NCBI RefSeq assembly: GCF_006345805.1
Contig: NW_021827172.1
Location: forward strand, 1-11,026
DNA from: Octopus sinensis
Lineage: Eukaryota
Length of the DNA: 11,026 nt
Direction: 5' to 3'
The notes under the pieces are model-generated. The model was not told the DNA's origin. It saw only the letters and a list, made by a program, of their open reading frames with translations, and searched no databases. Within the stretch, counting starts at the first letter, position 1. Every line of letters starts with the position of its first letter. Both the position numbers and the translations under genes were made by a program. Shown piece after piece: positions 1 through 7,628 of this stretch.

Positions 1-41
1 TATATACTATATGTTACATATATATACACACACACACACAT

Positions 42-73
<32 letters not shown>

Positions 74-204
74 GCACATACGCACATTACTTTAGTAACC
101 ACAGATAGTTGTGTATGTACGTACGTATGTTTATACGATCGTATGTATAAGTGTGTAGTATGTATGTATGTATGTATGTATGTAAGTATGTGTGTGTGTG
201 TGTG
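1..204. repeat. Compound microsatellite region (CA)n/(TA)n/(GTAT)n/(GT)n
   Basis: Direct reading: CA run at ~26-62, GTAT run at ~158-183, GT run at ~189-204. Confidence 0.95.
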
Positions 205-264
205 CTTTTTCCTTGTGTGCTTTTGGGCATCTGGTTAGGTATGTATATACGTTCGCGTGTCTGT

Positions 265-319
265 GTTTGTTTGTTTGTTTGTTTGTTTGTTTGTTTGTTT
301 GTTTGTTTGTTTGTTTGTT
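265..319. repeat. (GTTT)13 tetranucleotide microsatellite
   Basis: 13 perfect GTTT units at 265-316 plus a partial GTT. Confidence 0.98.
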
Positions 320-529
320 CATCAGGTAATTTGTCAGGTGTTCTTGAAGTTTATGACGGAAACGGGAAAAAAAAACCCAAATCTCCTTTCGAGAGAATAT
401 TCCCGACATTTTAAAGAATTATAGATTTTTGAAATACAAATTTAGAAAACCGCATGAACTAATTTATTCCTTCGTAAGCACACCTCGTAATTTTAAACAC
501 AGACATACGTATAAACAAAGATAACTCCG

Positions 530-763
530 AAGTATGTATGTATATATATGGACGTATACACGTATTCATATTTAGATACACACACACACACACACTATAT
601 ACACGCGTGCATACACACACAGGCACGTATGTATGCTATACGTGTATATGTATATGTATATATGTATGCGTATATTTATGAGTATGCGATTCTCTATATA
701 TTTAATTACACACGCACACACACAGACACACACATGCATACACATATACATACATACATGCAT

Positions 764-805
<42 letters not shown>
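530..805. repeat. Compound low-complexity (CA)/(TA)/(GTAT) tract
   Basis: Alternating purine-pyrimidine repeats throughout; accounts for ORFs 548..856, 572..787 and 633..824. Confidence 0.95.
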
Positions 806-942
806 GAGAGGTTTTGGTATCTAGAAGACCCAAAGTGTGGCAGGTACGCTAAGTAAGTACTATGGACAGACCGTAGTTAAACTCTCGGTTCGATAGTGAT
901 ACGAGTGAGAAATCTAATGTGGGTTTTGTATTAGCATGCACA

Positions 943-1329
943 TCTTTATATATAAAAGTGAGGTTGTGTGTCTGTCTCCTACGATTTAGATTCCTAACTA
1001 CTCCCACATTTTGCGGTGCAGTTAACCAAAACGGGTATCTTATAGTCGTGATTCATATCGAGCCCTTCGGTATTAGCGCGTGTCTACGATGAGTCTACGA
1101 TTTAAAAAAAATTTACTATCAATTTTTCCCATTTTTAATGCATTTTTGGCATATATAAGGGAAGTAACTCTCTAAAAATTTATTAAATCTCTGAACGTAA
1201 AAAGCTACAGTAACACCCCCTCCCTTTGTGGTTAGCTATATTGAGATGGCTATTATACTTTACATCTCTAAAAATGCTTATATAGTTATTTCCCTTACAA
1301 ACCCAAGCAACGCCGGGCGATACTGCTAG
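943..1329 (+). mobile_element. Non-autonomous Helitron H1 (387 bp)
   Basis: Starts with TC right after A942. Ends in a GC-rich hairpin (CCCAAGCAACGCCGGG), 8 nt, then CTAG (1326-1329) followed by T1330. A|T site, no TSD. The last 33 nt match H2/H3. Confidence 0.85.
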
Positions 1330-1553
1330 TGTAAACATATAATCCCGATAGGGGCGACATTGGACAGCTATGGTGTTTTTTAACACCTTTTTGCTATAAA
1401 AGAGAATGTTTCTCCAGGGTAACTGCAGTGAATTTTCCTTTCAGCAGTTGAAGTATGTGACGAACATATTTTCGTAACTAAAGCTTTGCTTATGCCTAAA
1501 AATTACTTACAGCTAATATTACAGTAATCTATGCTTTTGTTCTTTTATTGTTG

Positions 1554-1915
1554 TACTTGTTTCTGTCATTTGAGTGCGGCCATGCTGGAGAACTGCCTTA
1601 AATGGTGTGAGTCGAAGATAGCGACCACAGAACTTATTCTTTCTAAGCCTAGTACTTATTCTATCGGTTTCTTTTGCCGAACTGCATCAGTTGTCAAACA
1701 ATGGCAATGGGATAAACATAGACACACACACTAAAATATATACATATATACATATAAACGACGGGGTTCTTTCAGTTTCCGTCTACCAAATCCACTCACA
1801 CGGTTTTGATTCAGCCCGAGGCTTATAGTAGAAGACACTTGACCGAGGTGCAGCGCATTATTACTGAATCTGGAACTACGTGGTTAGGAAACAAGCTTCT
1901 TACCACACAGACACC
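1554..1915 (-). mobile_element. tRNA-derived SINE family A, diverged, with ~28-bp internal deletion
   Basis: Colinear with the copies at 2831-3207 and 8612-9018 (TACTTGTTTC.GTCATTTGA.TGCGGCCATGCTGGAG ... CTTACCACACAG). Confidence 0.9.
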
Positions 1916-1983
1916 ATTTGGGTGTGACGACTAAAAAGGTAGACCTCAATATCGCTGGAGATAAAGACAGAGGACTATGTATA

Positions 1984-2307
1984 GGAACACTCCGTCGGTT
2001 GCGACGACGAGGGTCCCAGCTGATACGATCAACGGAACAGCCTGCTCGTGAAATTAACGTGCAAATGATTGAGCACTCCAACAAACACGCGTACCCCTAA
2101 CGTAGTTCTCAGGGAGATTCAGCGTGACACAGTGTGACAAGGCCCGCCCTCTGAAATACAGGTACAACTCATTTTTGCCAGCTGAGTGGACTGGAGCAAC
2201 GTGAAATAAAGTGTCTTGCTCAAAGACACAACGCGTCGCCGGGAATCGAACTCACGACCTTACAATCGTGAGTCGAATGCCCTAACCACTAAGCCACGCG
2301 CCTTCAC
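1984..2307 (-). mobile_element. tRNA-derived SINE family B, full length, 12-bp TSD
   Basis: Minus-strand A box TGGCTTAGTGG (2296-2286) and B box AGTTCGATTCC (2252-2242). Flanked by exact direct repeats GGACTATGTATA at 1972-1983 and 2308-2319. Confidence 0.93.
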
Positions 2308-2593
2308 GGACTATGTATATATATATATATTGAAAGATAGGGATATGAAGCTTTTGTAGAACTTCAGGGATCAACGATAATCGTCGCACTGCTTCCGCTG
2401 CTTAGCCCTGTTACCTGTTGCACCATCGATTACAAAGAAAAAGAAAAAGAAAAAAAAGGATAACAAACGCGAAATACATCTCAGAAGTCCTGGTTCACAA
2501 GTCGAGGAGGCGGGCATCAAACTGTAATTATGCTATAGATATATAAGAACAGCGATGATAAAATCGCTTGGAGCAACGTGCACAAGACTTAAA

Positions 2594-2820
2594 ACAGGAG
2601 TGGCTGTGTGGTAAGTTGCTTGCTTACCAACCACATGGTTCCGGGTTCAGTCCCACTGCGTGGCATCTTGGGCAATTGTCTTCTGCTATAGCCTCGGGCC
2701 GACCAAAGTCTTGTGAGTGGATTTGGTAGACGGAAACTGAAAGAAGCCTGTCGTATATATGTATATATATATATATATAATATTATGCATGTTTGTGTAT
2801 ATGTTTGTGTGTCTGTGTTT
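2594..2820 (+). mobile_element. SINE family A, 5' half (head plus microsatellite; 3' module absent)
   Basis: A box TGGCTGTGTGG (2601-2611), B-box-like GGTTCAGTCCC (2644-2654). Runs into a (TA)/(TG) tract and stops at GTGTCTGTGTTT. Confidence 0.93.
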
Positions 2821-2830
2821 ATATATATAT

Positions 2831-3207
2831 CTTTTACTTGTTTCAGTCATTTTGACTGCGGCCATGCTGGAGCACCGCCTTTAATCGAGCAACTCGACCC
2901 CGGGACTTATTCTTTGTAAGCCCAGTACTTATTCTATCGGTCTCTTTTGTGGAACCGCTAAGTGACGGGATATAAACACACCAGCATCGGTTGTCAAGCA
3001 ATGCTAGGGGGACAAACACAGACACACAAACATACACGCACATACATATATATACATATATACGACGGGCTTCTTTCAGTTTCCGTCCACCAAATCCACT
3101 CACAAGGCTTTGGTCGGCCCGAGGCTATAGTAGAAGACACTTGCCCAAGGTGCCACGCAGTGGGACTGAACCTGGAACAATGTGGTTGGTAAACAGCTAC
3201 TTACCAT
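2831..3207 (-). mobile_element. SINE family A, near full length
   Basis: Reverse complement of the 8612-9018 copy across both modules and the internal microsatellite. Confidence 0.95.
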
Positions 3208-3270
3208 ATAAATAAAGACAGATTAGAAAGCGTGTTTATTGATGAGTATGTTTCTTCCCCCTCTCTCATT

Positions 3271-3275
<5 letters not shown>

Positions 3276-3349
<74 letters not shown>

Positions 3350-3356
3350 GTATATA
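3276..3356. repeat. (AT)31 plus (GTAT)n, an expanded family-A internal microsatellite
   Basis: Perfect AT repeat at 3276-3337, abutting the CGACGGG end of the SINE head at 3357. Confidence 0.95.
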
Positions 3357-3521
3357 TACGACGGGCTTTTTTCAGTTGCCGTCTACAAAATCCTCTCACA
3401 AGGCTTTGGTCTGCCTGAGGCTATAATAGAAGACACTTGCCCAAGGTGCCATACAATGAGAATGAACTCGGAACCACGTGGTTGGGAAGCAAGCTTCTTA
3501 CCTTACAGCCACTCCTGTGCC
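3357..3521 (-). mobile_element. SINE family A, head module only
   Basis: Matches the reverse complement of 2594-2755; its 5' end reads GGCACAGGAGTGGCTG on the minus strand. Confidence 0.92.
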
Positions 3522-3534
3522 TATTATGTCTTCG

Positions 3535-3830
3535 CTTCGGTATCTATTTACGCTCTACATATGTCACCTAATATCTAGGGAGAACAACTGTTACGCATCT
3601 GACAGAACTCTAATGCTACTCACAGAAGCGTCCGAGGCCTGCAAAGTACAACCGTTCCGCTGGTTAGCAAGAGTCTCTGACCTGCACCCTCCAATCTCAA
3701 ACTAGCAGACGCAACATGTCATCACTCTGCCTATTTCACCGCTACTTCAACGTTCTCCACTCGACAGCTGGGTATCATCTCCATTCAACCACTTTCGTTG
3801 TACACATCTCTCTTCCTCTCGACTTAGATT
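3535..3830 (+). mobile_element. Decayed non-LTR retrotransposon (CR1/L2/Jockey-group) ORF2 C-terminal fragment
   Basis: Frameshift-joined translation gives LFTLY...ENNCY-I*(W)QNSNATH...LQSTTVPLVS / ESLTCTLQSQTSRRNMSSLCLFHRYFN. This resembles the recalled post-RT motif LYK..RP.MEYC.HIW...LQ.L..RR...SL.LFYRY. The 3' boundary is uncertain. Confidence 0.6.
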
Positions 3831-4033
3831 TCCTTTGCGTCTTAGATTTCAAATATCCCGGAGGATATCAACCTTCTAGAATTTATCTCTGCCTAATTTT
3901 CCCAACAGGCCTTTTCGTGTTGCCGTGTTAAAAATCTTAACATCATGCGCATGGACTTCACCCGTCTCGAAGGGTCTACCAATAAGATCGGCACAGTCTA
4001 TATATTTAGATTATCAAAATCGATATTTGAATA

Positions 4034-4075
4034 GTGATTACGTATCTTCTACTTCTGTGGAAGATACGTAATCAC
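4034..4075. other. 42-nt hairpin with a perfect 16-bp stem
   Basis: GTGATTACGTATCTTC (4034-4049) is the exact reverse complement of GAAGATACGTAATCAC (4060-4075). Confidence 0.95.
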
Positions 4076-4132
4076 GATTTAAAGATAAATATGGAACGAT
4101 TTTTAAATAGCCATATTTTTTATTCGTTTATT

Positions 4133-4458
4133 CTTTTACCTGTTCAGTCATTTGACTGCGGCCATGCTGGAGCACCGCCTTTAGTCGGACAAATCGACCC
4201 CAGGGCTTATTCTTTGTAAGCCTAATACTTATTCTATCGGTGACTTTTGCCGAACCGCTAAGTTACGGGGTCGTTAATACACCAACATCGGTTTCCAAGC
4301 GATAGTGGTGAGACAATCACAGACACACAAACACATACATACATACATACATACATACATACATAATACATACATACATACATACATACATAAATACATA
4401 CATACATACATATACATATACATATACATACATACATATATATATATATATATTTATA

Positions 4459-4496
<38 letters not shown>

Positions 4497-4514
4497 ATGT
4501 ATGTATGTAGTATG

Positions 4515-4545
<31 letters not shown>

Positions 4546-4750
4546 TGTATAGTGAGAATTATAAAAAAACAAAAGACGACGACGGGTGTGTAAACAACAA
4601 ACAGATGTATTAGTTTAACGCTGGGGTAGGACGGGATCTACTCACAAGGCTTTTGTCGGCCAGAGTCTATAATAGAAGGCACTTGCCCAAGGCTCCACGC
4701 TTTGGGACTGAACCCGGAACCATGTGGTAGATAAGCAAGCTACTTACCAG
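4133..4750 (-). mobile_element. SINE family A with expanded microsatellite (4333-4550) and foreign segment (4551-4639)
   Basis: 3' module at 4133-4332 and partial head at 4640-4750 both match other family-A copies; ~40 bp of the head is replaced by non-family sequence. Confidence 0.88.
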
Positions 4751-4942
4751 AAACACATTATACTCCAGTGATATTAATGATCTTCATTACCGCCTCTCGC
4801 AAACGAGTATGACATCATAGCAATCACTAATTGTTTTAGGCATCGTTGCCAGGAAGCATAAACACCCTCCCGGCCTTATCATCATTGAACTAACAGAACA
4901 TCCAGGATCTGATATGTAGGGCTGCAGTCCCACTCTTTGGTA

Positions 4943-5053
4943 GGGTTCAGTCCCACTGCGTGGCCTCTTGGGCGACTGTCTTCTGCTATAGCCTCGGGCC
5001 GACCAATGCCTTGTGAGTGGAGTTGGTAGACGGAAACTGAAAGAAGCCTGTCG

Positions 5054-5088
<35 letters not shown>

Positions 5089-5312
5089 GTGTGTGTTTGT
5101 GTGTCTGTGTTTGTCCTCCTAGCATTGCTTGACAACCGATGCTGGTGTGTTTACGTCCCCGTCACTTAGCGGTTCGGCCAAAAGAGACCGATAGAATAAG
5201 TACTGGGCTTACAAAGAATAAGTCCCGGGGTCGATTTGCTCGACTAAAGGCGGTGCTCCAGCATGGCCGCAGTCAAATGACTGAAACAAGTAAAAAGAGA
5301 AAAAAAAGAGAG
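4943..5312 (+). mobile_element. SINE family A, 5'-truncated at the B box
   Basis: Starts at GGGTTCAGTCCCACTGCG with no A box; complete through GACTGAAACAAGTAAAAAGAG. Confidence 0.93.
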
Positions 5313-5319
5313 TAGACAA

Positions 5320-5412
5320 GAGCAATGTGAAACGAAGTGCCTTAGTTAAGGACACAGTGCACTCAGCTGAGGAATTGAACCCACAAGTCTTATGTTTCTG
5401 AGCCCAATACTC
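5320..5412 (-). mobile_element. Old SINE family B head fragment
   Basis: GAGCAATGTGAAACGAAGTGCCTT...GGACACA...GGAATTGAACCCAC aligns by eye to 2194-2285. Confidence 0.7.
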
Positions 5413-5656
5413 GCCTTCATACTTTCAGTATTAATTGATAACCCCATAGGAACCAACAGGATATCATGAAATACTTTATATATGCCCCAACATGAGCGTG
5501 TATATTTAGTGCATTTGAAATATTTACTGTATTTAATCCCTGACATGAACCCACAATATCTCTTCATACAGTTTTGTATTTATGAGAAGAGGAATTATTT
5601 ACATTGTTTACATTATTTACATTTGACGGATATTTGTCCTCATCTTGTTTGTTGCT

Positions 5657-5702
5657 AACACAACATTTCGTCTGATATATCCTCCTGCCTTCATGGGCTG
5701 TC
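5657..5702 (-). ncRNA. Degenerate minimal type I hammerhead ribozyme (PLE-type), probably inactive in this copy
   Basis: Minus strand reads GACAG-CCCATGA-AGGCAG-(10 nt)-CAGAC-GAAATGTT-GTGTT. The inverted copy preserves CAGCC-GAAACGTT-GTGTT (5967-5984). The intact CTGATGA core is inferred and not present. Confidence 0.6.
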
Positions 5703-5749
5703 TTGGGGAAATTTCGAACCCGGGTTCTCATTTCTAAGTTATTTTTCGA

Positions 5750-5751
<2 letters not shown>

Positions 5752-5780
<29 letters not shown>

Positions 5781-5802
5781 GTTATCATTATTATTATTAT
5801 TA

Positions 5803-5868
<66 letters not shown>

Positions 5869-5883
5869 TATTATCATCATTAT
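5752..5883. repeat. (ATT)n microsatellite inside the 5568-6031 element
   Basis: About 44 ATT/ATC units; source of the poly-Ile ORFs. Confidence 0.98.
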
Positions 5884-6150
5884 TCAGGTCACTACTTGGA
5901 ATCGAACTCGGAATCTTGGAGTTAGTAGCCCCTCTTAACCACTACGCCATATGCCCGTGGGTATATCAGCCGAAACGTTGTGTTAACAATAAACAAGATG
6001 AGGACAAATATTCGTCAAATGTAAACAATGTATATCTCTTCATGTTGATGTTTTTTGCTAAAAGTCTATGCTTTATATTTTTAACTACTGAACGTTTTTG
6101 TTTCTTTTAACATCAGTGGATATGTCTCTCTCCCCCTGTCTTATACTCCA

Positions 6151-6230
6151 GTTTGTGCCTGTATGTAAAATCTGGAATGGAAGAATGACATGTTATTCTT
6201 CTATTCCAGATTTTACACAGAGGCACAAAC
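6151..6230. other. 80-bp spacerless near-perfect palindrome
   Basis: The arms 6151-6190 and 6191-6230 pair at 36/40 positions (Watson-Crick), plus 2 G-T and 2 mismatches. Confidence 0.95.
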
Positions 6231-6240
6231 AGTCAAAGCT

Positions 6241-6599
6241 GGACATATTTACAAAGTCAGAAAACAGCACAGCTCCCATGACTTCAGGAAACAATTTTTC
6301 ACGCTGAGAGTTGCTTAAGCATGGAACAAACTGCTGGCATCAGTTGTTAGTTGTCGGAGCACTGCATCCTTCAAAACTTCCATGCTTTCTGAGATTCGCC
6401 ACCACTACACCTGATTTTCTCAAAACTTCCATGCTTTCTGAGATTCGCCAACACTACACCTGATTTTCTCCCCTCCATACACGCACAAGCATGTATCTGA
6501 CTTATGTATTGTTCGCTTTCCAGACATTTGTACATTACTGCATATACTCTGACAAGTTGTGGTGCACCTGAGCACTGTATACAATAATTTCATTATTAT
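6241..6599 (+). mobile_element. 5'-truncated CR1-type LINE 3' end (ORF2 C-terminus, 3' UTR, ATT tail)
   Basis: Translates GHIYKVRKQHSSHDFRKQFFTLRVA*AWNKLLASVVSCRSTASFKTSM, matching the CR1 motif RGH..K......RK.FF..RV...WN.LP..VV...S...FK. Premature TAA at 6316-6318; ends TTTCATTATTAT. Confidence 0.88.
6371..6468 (+). repeat. 49-bp tandem duplication inside the CR1 fragment
   Basis: 6371-6419 and 6420-6468 differ at one base (6402 C vs 6451 A). Confidence 0.98.
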
Positions 6600-6670
6600 A
6601 AATATCGGATGGTCTTCTAAAGTACAGAAATGATATTGCTTTCATCTTTTGGCACAATATGAGTAATTTG

Positions 6671-6712
6671 GTAGTGGTAGTCGTGGTGGTGGTGGTGGTG
6701 GTGGTGGTGGTG
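6671..6712. repeat. (GGT)n microsatellite
   Basis: Direct reading; source of the poly-Thr ORF. Confidence 0.95.
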
Positions 6713-6726
6713 AGGGCGTGTGTGTG

Positions 6727-6894
6727 GTAAGTCGAATACATCGATCCCGGCGTTCAATCGGTTCTTATTTTATCGACCCCGAAAGATGTAGAAGCAAAGC
6801 AGACCTCGGCGGCATTTGAACCCAGAACGTATAGACGGAAGAAATGCCGCTAAGCATATTGCCCAGTGAGCTACGGACTCTGCCAGCTCGTCGC
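6727..6894 (-). mobile_element. tRNA-derived SINE family C, diverged
   Basis: Aligns with 9875-10065; minus-strand head GAGCTGGCAGA... and B-box-like GGTTCAAATGC. Confidence 0.85.
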
Positions 6895-7173
6895 TATAAG
6901 TTCCGAAATAATATTAAATGAAAGGAAAGTCTTCATTCATGAATCAAATCATGCGCCGAAAGCTTAACGCTAATCAATAGCCGCCACCCTAAAACTGTAA
7001 TGTGTTGCACATTGCTAAACTTTGGACGTGATGGAGATTTTTCAGAGCCCTTAAAATGTTGGATGGAAAATCCTTCACGTTATTTCTTGATTCTTTGCGA
7101 TCTAAGTGGGAATCCCCTAAAATCAGGTTTCCTTTCTATCTTTTCTGGGTGAATAAAGAAGTACCATTCCAAA

Positions 7174-7235
7174 GCGGTGAATTAACGGAATTGTTAAAAT
7201 CGCCGGTCCAGATGAAAGGCGGTATTTATTGTTAA
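7174..7235 (+). mobile_element. Decayed SINE family C head fragment split by Helitron H2 (continues at 7629-7640)
   Basis: Rejoining the flanks gives GCGGTATTT-8 nt-TTTACGTTCTAA, the same spacing as GCGCTATTT-8 nt-TTTACGTTCTAA in the 9875-10065 copy. Confidence 0.6.
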
Positions 7236-7628
7236 CTAGCAGTATCCCCCGGCGTTGCTCGGGTTTGTTTCAACCCTTCAAAATTGGAATTTTTGAAAAG
7301 TGAAAATTTTGCATTATGTAACTTGTTATACTCTTTAAGTGAAGATTTTTCTGGTTGAAATACACCGAAAAATGGTGACGTAGTAGTCAAAAAATCGTAA
7401 AAAATAGGGATTTTCATAGAAAAAAAAGCACCTTTTTGATGTAAATAATTTTTGGTGTTAACATGGTCCAATTTGAATTTTTTCTTCTACGGAAGGAAGA
7501 GCAAGCCTTCTTCTATCATACTTTCAATTTTGGTCAACTTGCGCCGCAGGGTCTCGGAGGAGATAGTGTTAGTTGAAGGCTACCAAACCTGCCATACATA
7601 GACAACTTCAGCTTTATATAGAGAAAGA
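7236..7628 (-). mobile_element. Non-autonomous Helitron H2 (393 bp)
   Basis: Minus strand: A|TC start, 3' hairpin CCCGAGCAACGCCGGG, then CTAG|T; no TSD. Confidence 0.9.

Larger units (their letters stand above)
5568..6031 (-). mobile_element. tRNA-headed, hammerhead-containing non-autonomous retroelement with inverted partial terminal repeat (putatively Penelope-mobilised), 12-bp TSD
   Basis: Exact direct repeat ATATCTCTTCAT at 5556-5567 and 6032-6043. A box TGGCGTAGTGG (5949-5939), B box AGTTCGATTCC (5908-5898), (AAT)n spacer. 5961-6031 is an inverted copy of 5610-5680 (64/71 identical). Confidence 0.8.

Noticed and set aside
320-414. Splice-like signals after (GTTT)n
   Set aside because: Short open frame with no donor or motif; the T-rich tract is a microsatellite.
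11-856. ORFs rich in HT/YI/CV/NKQT repeats
   Set aside because: Translations of CA, TA, GT and GTTT microsatellites. The same applies to ORFs at 4305, 10570 and 10725.
2340-2460. Minus-strand polypyrimidine tract and CAG as a possible exon start
   Set aside because: All frames stop within 17 codons and there is no recognisable motif; untestable without RNA data.
5885-5956. Possible tRNA gene (also the head at 2235-2307)
   Set aside because: A and B boxes are present but no acceptor stem closes a cloverleaf; these are SINE heads.
5564-6110. Longest ORF (135 aa) with a poly-Ile 'transmembrane' stretch
   Set aside because: Poly-Ile comes from (ATT)n inside a retroelement.
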